A DNA stretch of 64,000 nt from contig CAZVOD010000012.1 of NCBI GenBank assembly GCA_964628385.1, positions 3,731 through 67,730 of the forward strand, given 5' to 3'. Shown here piece by piece: positions 46,900 to 57,600 of this stretch. The position numbers were made by a program, and so were the translations under genes. The stretch is from an uncultured Saprospiraceae bacterium. GTDB lineage: Bacteria > Bacteroidota > Bacteroidia > Chitinophagales > Saprospiraceae. The stretch's first letter is position 1. Every line of letters starts with the position of its first letter. Under the pieces are notes generated by a model. It made no database searches. It had not been told where the DNA came from and saw only the letters and a list, made by a program, of their open reading frames with translations.

Positions 46900-47757
46900 T
46901 TACTTCGCCACGAGTGGAGTTTCTCGTTTCCACATTGCCAGTAATATCAATAAGGGTAGCATAAAATGAGGAATCCGCACCACAAACTCAAAAAAAGATT
47001 GATGCAGGGTAAGCCAAAAAAGATTACCCAGTAGGATCATTGTCCGTGGCCGGGCTATTGAGGTAAGTAGCCCCCAGAGTGCCGCGTAAATCAAAGCGGC
47101 TTTATCCATTTTGGGTACAAAGAGTAATATCACAACCAGCATATCCAGAACTCCGGCTATGAAGAGAATATTGGAAGCCATTTCATTGCTAACTCCAAGA
47201 CTCACAATGGTCATGTATACAAAGTTACCGGGTACCGGAAATACTCCCAGCGCATAAAGGCCATGCCCCAGAAAGGTAAGTGCCACAGCTATTTTTCCCA
47301 AAAAAATAAAGGGCTGCGTAAAACGTCCGCTTTGTACCCAAAAAGCCAGGATGGGAAACATAAACTGAGAGCTGTATTCTATCCATTGGGCCCACTGAAA
47401 GCCTTTTTCACAGTAATAACAAAAAGCCAGAAAGAATAAAGTGAGGGCAGAAAAAGCAACTGCCAAGCCGCTAAGCCATTTGGGTATTTTTTGAAAAAAA
47501 ATAAAAAATGAGGCCGTAATAAGCCACAGAATCCCTACTATTCTCGTATAAAAAAGAATGTTAGGATCCAACCCCTCAAAGCTGATATAATCAAACCAGC
47601 TCAAATCAGTGAATTTTTTCACTACTCCCCCAAATAGAGATTCATCCATAAAGAAAGCCCGGTAGGGACCTTCAAAAAACAGATGCTGATAGCTGCGTCC
47701 CAGCAAAAAGAGGGCCGCTGTCCAACGAAATATTTCCTTAACGATGGATGAATTCAT
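46900..47757 (-). CDS. polytopic membrane protein, function unknown
   Basis: 285-aa ORF with about 8 hydrophobic helices. Confidence 0.65.
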   Translation of the reverse strand: MNSSIVKEIFRWTAALFLLGRSYQHLFFEGPYRAFFMDESLFGGVVKKFTDLSWFDYISFEGLDPNILFYTRIVGILWLITASFFIFFQKIPKWLSGLAVAFSALTLFFLAFCYYCEKGFQWAQWIEYSSQFMFPILAFWVQSGRFTQPFIFLGKIAVALTFLGHGLYALGVFPVPGNFVYMTIVSLGVSNEMASNILFIAGVLDMLVVILLFVPKMDKAALIYAALWGLLTSIARPRTMILLGNLFWLTLHQSFFEFVVRIPHFMLPLLILLAMWKRETPLVAK

Positions 47758-47978
47758 AATAATTATCAGAGTTATTCAGATTTGATCATATACCAGCGCT
47801 GATGTGTATTTAGGTAGACACACAACACAGCCTGAGCTTAAATATAAAGCTTTTAGGTGGCTTTGCCAGAAAAATTTCAAAATGAATAATTGTTAACAAA
47901 AAATTAAAATGCCTGTATCTAGATCGTAGCAAGTAGGTAGTATCTTGTACATGCAAAACATAAATAAAAAATATTAAC

Positions 47979-49526
47979 ATGAATAGGCTTTATACTTTAA
48001 TAGTATTGCTTTTTATCAGCAGTTTTCTGAGCGGTAAGACAGACAAGTACCGCCTGATCATCACGGATGATCCTTCTACGACCATGACTATTGCCTGGAA
48101 TCAGATTTCCGGACACAGTGTGGCTGTATTTTACGACGAAATTGATCATGGGCAGGAAGTCAACGCCTACACCAATTTCCAATTGCCGGACCGCACGGTA
48201 GCCTTCAAGGATATGAATAATTATTTCGTACGCCTGAAAAACTTAAAGCCGGCTACTGCTTATTATTTTGTAATAAAAGACAGTGAAGGAGTGAGCCAAC
48301 GCTTTTGGTTCAGAACCCTTTCTAATGATCCAAAAGTACCTTTATCAATTATAGCGGGTGGTGATTCCAGACGTTCTGGTTCTTCTACAGTACCTCACGA
48401 GCCACGTATACAATCTAATAAAGTAGTAAGAAGTATTCGCCCCGATTTTATCGCCTTCGGAGGTGACTACACAGATAAGGATACGGAAGGGCAGTGGAAA
48501 ACATGGTTTGACGACTGGCAGTATACCACTGGAGAAGATGGCTTGATGATCCCGATTTTGGCTACTCGTGGCAACCATGAGCGCAGCAATGATATCATGA
48601 TCAACCTTTTTGATTCGCCACACGAGGATATTTATTATGCCATCAATTTTGGTGGTAATTTATTGCGTTTTTACACGCTTAATGTTATGATCTCGGTAGC
48701 TGGCGAGCAGACACAATGGCTGGCTCAAGATTTGATGGAAAACGATACCAAAACGCGTTGGAAGTTTGCGCAGTACCATTATCCTATTGCACCGCACCAA
48801 AGCGGAAAGTCATTCAAAACACCTCAGTACGTGAGTTGGGCTCCATTGTTTTACGATCACAATATGCAGTTGATCATCGAATGTGACTCCCACGTGGCAA
48901 AAAATACATGGCCTCTTAGGCCCACCGATGAATCTGGTAGCGATCGAGGCTTTATCAGAGACGATGAAAATGGCAATATTTATACCGGCGAGGGTTCCTG
49001 GGGTCTGATCAGAAATGCTAATGTAGGCTACGATTGGACGCGTGACAAGGGGAGCTTCACGCAGGTAAAATGGTTAAAGGTTACGGAAGATACTGTAACT
49101 GTTTTTACCATTAAATCTGCAGATAGTAACTTTGATGATATGGTAAGTGATGATGATCGCTTTAGAATGCCTGAAGGTCTGGTTATTTGGGATACCGAAA
49201 ACGGTGACCATTTGCTCCTGACCAATTCCAACCCAAGGTTTGATGCCACTACTACACCTGTAGAAGATTTCCCAACCAGAGAATTATCAATGATTAAACG
49301 TCTTTTCCCTAATCCTACACAAACGGACTTACAGGTAGAATTAGTGAAATCAGAGACTATTAACTATACCATTTATGATATTCAGGGAAGAGCTATCAGA
49401 AGTGGCATTTTCCTGAACAAAGTCAATTCTGTAAATATTTCCGGCCTTTCTGATGGTCACTACTATCTAAAGGCATGGAACGAAAATAATACGGCTTCTC
49501 AGGTTGAGGTATTTATTAAAAACTAA
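47979..49526 (+). CDS. purple-acid-phosphatase-like metallophosphoesterase with a T9SS C-terminal sorting domain
   Basis: PAP N-terminal domain (TTMTIAWNQ). Motifs: AGGDSR, FGGDYTD, RGNHE, YHYP, CDSHV. The C-terminus RLFPNPTQTDLQVEL...GHYYLKAWNENNTASQVEVFIK fits the T9SS CTD. Confidence 0.85.
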   Translation: MNRLYTLIVLLFISSFLSGKTDKYRLIITDDPSTTMTIAWNQISGHSVAVFYDEIDHGQEVNAYTNFQLPDRTVAFKDMNNYFVRLKNLKPATAYYFVIKDSEGVSQRFWFRTLSNDPKVPLSIIAGGDSRRSGSSTVPHEPRIQSNKVVRSIRPDFIAFGGDYTDKDTEGQWKTWFDDWQYTTGEDGLMIPILATRGNHERSNDIMINLFDSPHEDIYYAINFGGNLLRFYTLNVMISVAGEQTQWLAQDLMENDTKTRWKFAQYHYPIAPHQSGKSFKTPQYVSWAPLFYDHNMQLIIECDSHVAKNTWPLRPTDESGSDRGFIRDDENGNIYTGEGSWGLIRNANVGYDWTRDKGSFTQVKWLKVTEDTVTVFTIKSADSNFDDMVSDDDRFRMPEGLVIWDTENGDHLLLTNSNPRFDATTTPVEDFPTRELSMIKRLFPNPTQTDLQVELVKSETINYTIYDIQGRAIRSGIFLNKVNSVNISGLSDGHYYLKAWNENNTASQVEVFIKN

Positions 49527-49550
49527 AAATACCGGAACTTTGAGAAAAGG

Positions 49551-49584
49551 CAGGAAGTAGAAAGCTTTTGTTTTCTGCTTCCTG
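49551..49584 (+). terminator. stem-loop downstream of 47979..49526
   Basis: caggaagtagaaag-cttttg-ttttctgcttcctg forms a stem of about 13 bp including one G-U pair. There is no clear T-run. Confidence 0.4.
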
Positions 49585-49709
49585 TTAAAGTCATCTCTTG
49601 CACTTACTTTATCCAACCATTACCATAACTATTTTCCATAAAGATTAATTTTAATTTTTAACAAGGCCCAAAGGCCTTTTTTGCCAACCACTAATTTTAA
49701 ACTAGTATT

Positions 49710-52538
49710 ATGAAACAATTTCTTTCTTTACTGGCGCTATTCTTAGCATTCAATTTATCTGCCCAGGTTCCTGTTTCATTTAGCTTTCAGGTATTAGACG
49801 GAGCTGATGATGCAGAAGAATCAACCGCTAACGGTGCCATGAACCTGAGTAGTACTGACCTGGAGCTTACCAGAGAAAACACCGTACAGCTGATAGGTAT
49901 TCGCTTTGCCAATATCCAGATTCCTGCTGGTGCTACGATCAATAGTGCTTTTATTCAATTTACAGCGGATGAAACGGATAACGAGCCAACGAATTTAACA
50001 TTAACCGGTGAATTAACAGCCAATTCGGCTCCTTTCAGTAATACGGATTTTGATATTTCCAACCGTCCGAATACATCAGCTATGGTGAGTTGGAATGAAA
50101 TTCCGGAATGGGACGAAGTTGGCGAATCAGGAGTAGACCAGCAAACGCCGGATTTGACTGCTATCATCCAAGAAATTGTCAATCAGGATGGTTGGGCACC
50201 TGGCAATGCATTATCCATTGTCATTTCAGGAGATGGAAAGCGCGTAGTGGTTTCAAACAATGGAAGTGCGAGTGCTTCTGCTGTTTTGGTTGTTAATTAT
50301 GAGCTGGATGAATTTATCGTTCAACCCTTTCCAGTAAATACAGCATCCATTTGGAAGTACGACGATACTGGCGTAGCATTGGATACCATAGATTGGACCA
50401 GCCTGGAGTACGACGACAGTGCATGGGCATTTGGCCAGGCTAAATTTGGTTTTGGTGATGATAATGAAAATACAACACTTGATTTTGGTCCGGATGAAAA
50501 CAATAAAATCCCTACTTATTATTTTCGTAAGGCGTTTTCAGTAGCCGATCCAACTGGCATTGATTCTATTACGCTTTCTTTGTTAAGAGATGATGGAGCA
50601 ATTGTCTATTTAAATGGAGTGGAAGTTTTTCGTTCCAACATGCCTGAAGGAGAAGTTACATTTTCTACGCCGGCCAGTTCACCGGTTTCGGGGGCTGATG
50701 AAGGACAATTTTTTAATACTAAAATCCCAGCCAACCTAAACGAAGGGATGAACATACTGGCAGTAGAGGTACATCAGGCTACTGCCCAAAGTTCTGATCT
50801 TGGTTTTGATCTATCCACCACGCCTGAAGTGACGCTTCCTCCGGCAGTGCAGTTAGTGCACAATTCACCAGACCCTTCTTTACTTCTTGTAAGCATTTGG
50901 GTAGATGCTTTTAACCTGGGGAATTTTGTAAACTTTACAGGTGATACTCCAATACCTTTCCGTTTTGCATCAGACTACATCACTGATCTTCCGCAGGGAA
51001 CTCACACGATCGCTATTGCTCCATTTGGAACTGAAGATTACGAGTGGAGTGCAACAGAAATTACCATAGAGAACAATAAGCGCTATATTGCCATGGCAGC
51101 TGGTGTGAGAGACACTTCTTTGTTTAACACCAGTGTAAATGGAGGAGAAGCTATTCAATTTCAATTGGTTGTAAATGAAGTACCCGGTCCGGATGAGGTA
51201 GAAGCAGGCGAAGTTCTACCACTACTATTTCATGGTACGCCAGATCTTCCAAATATCCGCCTTATCGCGGTGGGTGTAGGAGATGCAACAGCTGGGTTTC
51301 CAACAGGCCTGCCTTATGGTCTTCCTCCAGTTGGTGGCGGCGTTGATGCAGTAACTTTCCCAAGAGTACAAGTATCCAATAATGCTACCACAGAGATTTA
51401 TAGCGAGCATAAGGTAGATTTAGTACCTTTTGAGCAAGAGGTAGTTGTGATCACCACTTCCGGCTTTTTCTCCCCTGAAGGTAATACAAATGTGAATGCC
51501 TCAAATTATGGCGTATTCGTCATTCCACCAGTACAGAGCCCATTCATTGAACTACCTGAACCAGATCCTGCTGCCCCCGGCACATTGGAGATTATTCATA
51601 ATTCACCGGACCCTTCATTAGCTTTTGTTGATTTGTATCTAAATGGTAACCTGGCAATTGATAGCTTGGCTTACCTTAGCAGCACCGGCCGTTTTGAAGT
51701 ACCTGCTGGCACGCAAAGGGTAGCTATTTCGCCGAGTGGCGTGGTAGATACAGCATGGAGTGCTTTTGATTTTGAGGTAGAAGCCACGCTTAATACCACA
51801 ACATTTTCGGATGAAGGGCTAGATTATACAGCTGTCGCCTTTGGGGTGAGAAATACCGAGAATTTTTCTAATGAGGCAAATGCAGATGTAAGCTTCGGTG
51901 TGGCAGCCACACAGGCCAGAACACAGGCTAATAACGATACAGACACAGATATTCTTTTCTTCCACGGTGGTGTTGATGCTCCGGGTATTGACCTGATTTT
52001 GGGTGGAGAAGTAGTGCCAATAGTTAATAACTTGACATTTAGCAATTTCAGCCCAATATATGTTTCCCTTCCTTCCAGTGAAGACTTCCAAGTATCATTA
52101 ACTGATCAGGATGATAATGACGTCTTGCTATTCACTTATGACCTGGATTTGGATGGCCTGGATGGTAGAGCAGTCACAGCATTTGCTGCCGGCCTAGTAG
52201 CCCCACAGGAAAGTCAAAGTGAGTTTGGTGTATTTGTAGCCACTGGTGATGCAGGCCCTGCAGTAGCTTTGCCACTGGTTATTGTGGATAATATTGCTGA
52301 GCTTAAGGAAGCTGGTATAGAAATATTCCCGAATCCGGTAGTTAATAACCTGCAGATCAAGAGTCCTAATGGCCTCGAGCAAATTCATCTGACGGATTTA
52401 CAGGGTAAAATACTATCCCAATTTAAAAATACAGCAGTAGTACAAGATATTCCAGTGAGCCAGTTGCCAGCAGGTACCTATATTTTGAGTATCCGCCATG
52501 AGCAAAAAAGCTACACTGTACAGATAATTAAGCAATAG
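49710..52538 (+). CDS. large secreted multi-domain protein (DUF4397-like repeats) with a T9SS C-terminal sorting domain
   Basis: Signal peptide and a jelly-roll-like module (TYYFRKAF...LLRDDGAIVYLNGVEVFRSNMP...LAVEVHQATAQSSDLGFDL). Repeated HNSPDPS-initiated DUF4397-like units follow. The C-terminus IEIFPNPVVNNLQIKS...GTYILSIRHEQKSYTVQIIK fits the T9SS CTD. Confidence 0.8.
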   Translation: MKQFLSLLALFLAFNLSAQVPVSFSFQVLDGADDAEESTANGAMNLSSTDLELTRENTVQLIGIRFANIQIPAGATINSAFIQFTADETDNEPTNLTLTGELTANSAPFSNTDFDISNRPNTSAMVSWNEIPEWDEVGESGVDQQTPDLTAIIQEIVNQDGWAPGNALSIVISGDGKRVVVSNNGSASASAVLVVNYELDEFIVQPFPVNTASIWKYDDTGVALDTIDWTSLEYDDSAWAFGQAKFGFGDDNENTTLDFGPDENNKIPTYYFRKAFSVADPTGIDSITLSLLRDDGAIVYLNGVEVFRSNMPEGEVTFSTPASSPVSGADEGQFFNTKIPANLNEGMNILAVEVHQATAQSSDLGFDLSTTPEVTLPPAVQLVHNSPDPSLLLVSIWVDAFNLGNFVNFTGDTPIPFRFASDYITDLPQGTHTIAIAPFGTEDYEWSATEITIENNKRYIAMAAGVRDTSLFNTSVNGGEAIQFQLVVNEVPGPDEVEAGEVLPLLFHGTPDLPNIRLIAVGVGDATAGFPTGLPYGLPPVGGGVDAVTFPRVQVSNNATTEIYSEHKVDLVPFEQEVVVITTSGFFSPEGNTNVNASNYGVFVIPPVQSPFIELPEPDPAAPGTLEIIHNSPDPSLAFVDLYLNGNLAIDSLAYLSSTGRFEVPAGTQRVAISPSGVVDTAWSAFDFEVEATLNTTTFSDEGLDYTAVAFGVRNTENFSNEANADVSFGVAATQARTQANNDTDTDILFFHGGVDAPGIDLILGGEVVPIVNNLTFSNFSPIYVSLPSSEDFQVSLTDQDDNDVLLFTYDLDLDGLDGRAVTAFAAGLVAPQESQSEFGVFVATGDAGPAVALPLVIVDNIAELKEAGIEIFPNPVVNNLQIKSPNGLEQIHLTDLQGKILSQFKNTAVVQDIPVSQLPAGTYILSIRHEQKSYTVQIIKQ

Positions 52539-52856
52539 TCAATTTATTAAAATTGCGATAGGAATTTAGAATTTTCAAAAATTAATCATAAAGAGAGTAG
52601 ATAGACTTCAATGGTTTTGGGGCTTTCTACTCTCTCCCATTCACCTCTCTACATATTTAATAGTTTTTTATTGGATATTTTTTCTTTTTCTTATATTTAT
52701 TTTGCAAATTTGCAATGTAACAGACATCATCCCCCCAAAAAGGCATTTCCCCAAACAGGTAAAAATTTTCACTTATTTCTATACTAACAATTGATTAGTC
52801 TTTGTATTTGTAATGCATTGACATTTAATTGTAATCTCATTAAAATAAGTCTTTAT

Positions 52857-52890
52857 ATAGGGTAGTCTCGACCGCTACCCTATTTTTTTT
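52857..52890 (+). terminator. intrinsic terminator with no obvious upstream gene (orphan, or a 5'-leader terminator)
   Basis: 9-bp stem atagggtag (52857-52865) / ctaccctat (52875-52883) with a 9-nt loop, followed by a run of 8 T. It lies 320 bp after the previous stop and 50 bp before the next start. Confidence 0.55.
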
Positions 52891-52939
52891 GTTTGAAAAT
52901 AAAATCTAACTACTCTTTCGTTCCTAAAATCATAGGTAC

Positions 52940-53530
52940 ATGAAAACCAAAATACTTTGGGCTCAACCCTTACTTACCCTTACACTCAGCGTTTTTTTAG
53001 TCGCTTGTAACCAGAATAAATGGCCGGAAAAAACCTACGTCCGGGATTCCGAATATTTAGCTGAAGTGGAAAATGATCCTCGCCTTGGGATTAGCCTGCA
53101 GCCTCCTTTACAATGGATGAAAGCTCCGCTGATTAATCCGGAAGTCTACAGCAAAGCCTTAAAAGAGGTTAGCCATTATCCTTTGGAAGTGAGGAGTATG
53201 TTCTTAAATAACAATATCAGAAGTATGATTCTCATTTCTGACATCCATGAAGCTACCAATGCCGATATTCAGAAGCTAAGGAAAGAATACAAAACACTTT
53301 TAAATCCCAAGGAAATGTGGGATGAAGTCAGAGCTTCCAAGGTTAAAATCAATGACCTAACCGCTGATGAATACATCACAGAGAGTGATGTCCTAATAGG
53401 CTACAAACTCCTTTTTACCGAGAATACAGACCAGCCGTTTCAGGTTGATTTTTTTCTGCCAAAATCTTACATGACTGAAGATACTAAAGAAATGGTAGCA
53501 GCTTTTCTGGGTTCTATTGAGCAGGATTAG
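52940..53530 (+). CDS. hypothetical lipoprotein
   Basis: 196-aa ORF with a lipobox (FLVAC). No domain recognised. Confidence 0.65.
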   Translation: MKTKILWAQPLLTLTLSVFLVACNQNKWPEKTYVRDSEYLAEVENDPRLGISLQPPLQWMKAPLINPEVYSKALKEVSHYPLEVRSMFLNNNIRSMILISDIHEATNADIQKLRKEYKTLLNPKEMWDEVRASKVKINDLTADEYITESDVLIGYKLLFTENTDQPFQVDFFLPKSYMTEDTKEMVAAFLGSIEQD

Positions 53531-53544
53531 TAGGAATTTTAGTA

Positions 53545-53619
53545 GACTTGTTTCGAAGGGATAGAATAGTGGTAAAATTGAACCAATTTAAGCCTATTTT
53601 AATACCTGCAAAACAAGTC
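53545..53619. repeat. MITE/REP-like palindromic element, full copy D (75 bp)
   Basis: gacttgtttcgaagggatagaatagtggtaaaattgaaccaatttaagcctattttaatacctgcaaaacaagtc. The termini are inverted repeats of about 15 bp. Confidence 0.85.
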
Positions 53620-53675
53620 TCGTATCTCTCTTTTATAGAATAACAATGAAAGCGGCAGCCAGGAAGTTTAAATGG

Positions 53676-54407
53676 CTAGAATAATTTGTAGGCGATACCG
53701 ACATTTATATTCAGAAAAGTAATCACAGTTGGAACTTCGGGAGCTACTTCATCCGGCAATCCCAGAGAGTAATCCGGCTGCGCCTGCGCATAAAGCACTC
53801 CAAAACGTATTCCCCAGTCATTTTCTTTGCCGACATAGTAGATAAAATCAGATGCCAGGAAGAAGGAAGCCACGATCTGGGAATCTTCAGGATTGGCAGC
53901 AGCCAGGCCTCCCAGTTCACTAGTAACGCTTACCGCGAAGTTATCAATTGTACTACGTACCAGACCGAAGCCGCCGCGGAAATCCCAGGCCAGGTTAGTC
54001 ACATCACAGGGAATAAGTCGAATGAAGGGGCCGGCCATCAAAAGGGCAGAAGTATAATTTCCGGCTGTTAAATCCACAGAAGATGCCAGGTAATTCTGAA
54101 CAAAAGCATCGCTAAGATCATTCTCATCTATGTCATGTATTTGATATGCCAACAGGCCATTGATACCGAAGCGCCTGTTTTTACTTAAAAACCAATGTAC
54201 GCCAAGCTCAGCACCGAACCCGGATTTGGCAAATCCACCCTCGTCAAGCCGTTCATTACCATATTTTCCTACGGGAAGAGATGGCCCTGTAGCCAGGTGA
54301 ATTTCCAGGCGGGGTTTTAATTCATCAGGTAGGGTATCACATTGAAATTGTGCTGTAAGCGGACAAGTCCAAAGACCAATTAAAAGGATGCTGAGTAGAT
54401 GTTTCAT
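53676..54407 (-). CDS. outer membrane beta-barrel (porin-family) protein
   Basis: Signal peptide, alternating amphipathic strands and a C-terminal ...VGIAYKLF. Confidence 0.7.
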   Translation of the reverse strand: MKHLLSILLIGLWTCPLTAQFQCDTLPDELKPRLEIHLATGPSLPVGKYGNERLDEGGFAKSGFGAELGVHWFLSKNRRFGINGLLAYQIHDIDENDLSDAFVQNYLASSVDLTAGNYTSALLMAGPFIRLIPCDVTNLAWDFRGGFGLVRSTIDNFAVSVTSELGGLAAANPEDSQIVASFFLASDFIYYVGKENDWGIRFGVLYAQAQPDYSLGLPDEVAPEVPTVITFLNINVGIAYKLF

Positions 54408-54655
54408 AAGCAGAATGTTGACTGAAATTGATTATTTTTAAATCACTTTATTAAGATTTTGATAACGCTTCGGTTAAGTGATTTGCCGTTATACAAAATG
54501 AGATTGAAAATTCCCTGTTCTTCTGTATCCAAAATCCAGAAAATTAAAAATATTAATTTTTATTTAAATATCTCAAATTTTAGTTGCCCCTCTGCAGAGA
54601 AAAACGAATTTACTAACACAAACAAACGTTTTACAAACGCGCAACAAGAACACCA

Positions 54656-57600
54656 ATGTTCAAAAGCAAAAAAATCCTGAAAATTACTGCCAGAATTATT
54701 CTTTATGCTTTAGGCTTTATCCTCTTGCTATTGATCCTACTCAACTTACCGCCTGTGCAAAACTTTCTCTCCAAACAGGTAGCCAATTACCTAAGCAATG
54801 AGCTCAATACCGAAGTTAGTGTGAAGGGAGTATACTGGAAATTACCTAAATACATTTCCATACAAAAAATATACGTTGAAGACCAACAGAAAGATACATT
54901 GGTGTATGCAGGTGAGATTAGAGCTGACCTAAAATTGTCAAAAATTTTTCAGCAGGAAATAGGCATTAAAAGTGTTCTGCTTAATCAGATCAAACTTAAT
55001 GTATATCCCACTGGAAATGGCAGTAATATTGATTTTATTATTGAAAACTTTTCTGCTGACCGTACTCAAGCCCAACCAAAAAGGGTGCCGGAAGATACCT
55101 CTTCAAGTGCCTGGAAAATCACTTTCCCCGGTACAACACTACTATTACAGAATATTGATGCTTATTACGCTGATCAATCGCAATCCTATGACTTTGAAAT
55201 TGGGGAGTTAAGTGCTAATGCCGAAAATATTGACCTAGAACAACAATTGTTCCGGCTCAATGAACTCAACCTCGCTAATACCCGTGCATTTATAAGCCTT
55301 GGCGAGCAGGATTCTACCGTTACCGATACCAGTAGTAACCCGCTAGCTTTAACCCTGGGTACGCACCATATCAACTTTGATAACGTTGACTTTGGCCTCG
55401 ATATGCCCGAATTATCTATAAGAACCAGGGTAGGTATTTTGGATGCCGATGAGGTTGATTTCAGTATGGGGCAATCTATGGATATTAACGTACAAAAATT
55501 TCTCCTCAATCGGAGTTTTTTCAGCTATGAAGTACCGGGTACGCCTAAAATTGAAGGGTTTGACCCCAATCATTTTAGTTTGGAAAACATCAATATAGAT
55601 GTTGCCGATGTCACTTACCACGACCTAGATGTTTACGCTACTATCAACAACCTGGCGGCTAAAGAACCCAAAGGCGTAGAACTAAAAAGCATGCAAGCTC
55701 AGGTACATTACAATCCGGACACGGCCGAAGTGCATCAGCTCAAAATGGCCACTGATAAGTCCAATTTACTGGCTTATCATACCCTGGTAACCTTTCCCTT
55801 TGTAACTTCTGATGCGCCATTGGGAGCCATACGATTAAAAAGTGATATTGAGCGCGGCGTTTTTCATCCCAGAGATGCTATTTTCTTTGCACCACTACTT
55901 GAGGAATTTTGGTTTATTGAAAAAAATATTGACCGCACGGTAAGGCTGCGAGCTAATATTGACGGAAAGCTCAACGAATTAGCTATCAAACAACTGGATT
56001 TCAAAGGCTGGGATACTCACCTAAATGTTGACGGAACCCTGTATGAACCGCTAGACCTGGAAAAGACTTTCTTTGACTTCAAAGCCAACATTATAGAAGC
56101 CTCCCAGGAAGGCCTGCAAACCTGGATTCCGCCCAACACCTTACCGGATTACATAGAACTTCCGGCTTCAACGCTGGCTCGGGCAAAAATTAAAGGATTT
56201 ATAAATGATTTGGCGATTGATCTCGAAGCAACTAACACTTCTCCTATCGAGCCGATCTGTTCTAGAGTTGTGGCCAGTACGCAGCTCAGAAATGCCACCA
56301 AAACAGATAGCCTTAGCTTTACTGTCAACATAGATACTTTGTATACCAGTAAAAGTGGATTATTGAATTTTATTCCGGCTACTGCCCTACCCGACTATAT
56401 TGATCTACCTCCCGAAATAGAGCTCAGAGGACAGCTTAATGGTGACCTGGATATCATTTACACCGATTTTAAGCTTTATGCTATCCGTGGCGGTAACTTC
56501 AGTTACTTGAATTCAGTGGGTAATATCAAAGACTTCTTTGGAGGCGGTGATCCTAAATTCGATATTTCTATAAAAGAAATGGATTTGAAAGAAGAAGAGA
56601 TCTTGGCTTTTATTCCTAAAGGTATTTTACCACCTTACATAAAAATACCCGGCATTAACGGAGCAGAAGGTTTTGTAAGAGGAAAACAGGGAGACCTGGA
56701 GTCTACTTTCCAGATCAAAACGGAAGTAGGGAACCTGAAAGCCAAAGGTTTTTTGAGGGATTCTACCTACGAAATGGAGGTAGACCTCAATTCATTTGAT
56801 ATTAAGAAACTCTTCCAACCGGGAAAGTACGAGGAAGTAGTAGGCGTGCCGATTTCTTCATTTGGCGCCACCCTCTTTGTTTCTGGCCAGGGTTTTAACC
56901 CGGACAGCAACCTGTTGGCCAGCTACAAACTGGTTATTAAGCCCAATGATGAATTATATAAATGGAAGGAAGGAATAGTGGTAGAAGGTGTTATTGATCG
57001 TCAATCGGGCACTATGAATGCCAGGGTAAACGAAAATGGGATCAGTGGCAAGGCCAATTCTATTGCCAATTTCAACCAACCGAACGAAGCGTTTGACTTC
57101 AGTTTAAATTTGAATGAGTTTAATTTTACCAAACTCAACCTCACTCCTATTCCTTTTAGTGTGAGAGGAAGCCTTACAGCCGATAGTGAAGGCAGCGCAC
57201 TCAGTGATCTGACGGGGCAGCTGCGGCTAGACAATTGGGTAATAAATTACGATACCCTGCAGCAAAGTATTGATAGTCTGGTTTTAACCGCTGATTTGGA
57301 TACTACCTTCAACAAAATAGCCGTGGAATCTGACCTTATTTATGGTAATTTGGATGGTAAATTTTCTTTTGGAGAAATTGCTCAGCAAATACAGTTGCAG
57401 GCCAGTAGCTACTTTGATCCTACCGTACAATTAGAGGATACCCTGCCGGGGCTTCGGGATGCTTTCATGAATATGTATTTTGAAATTGATAAACCGGAGC
57501 TGCTTACAATGGGCTACATTCCGGGGCTAGAAAAACTTGATCCCTGCTTTATTCTTGGCTCTTTTAATGCCGCTGAGAAAACCCTTAAGTTGTACTCTGA

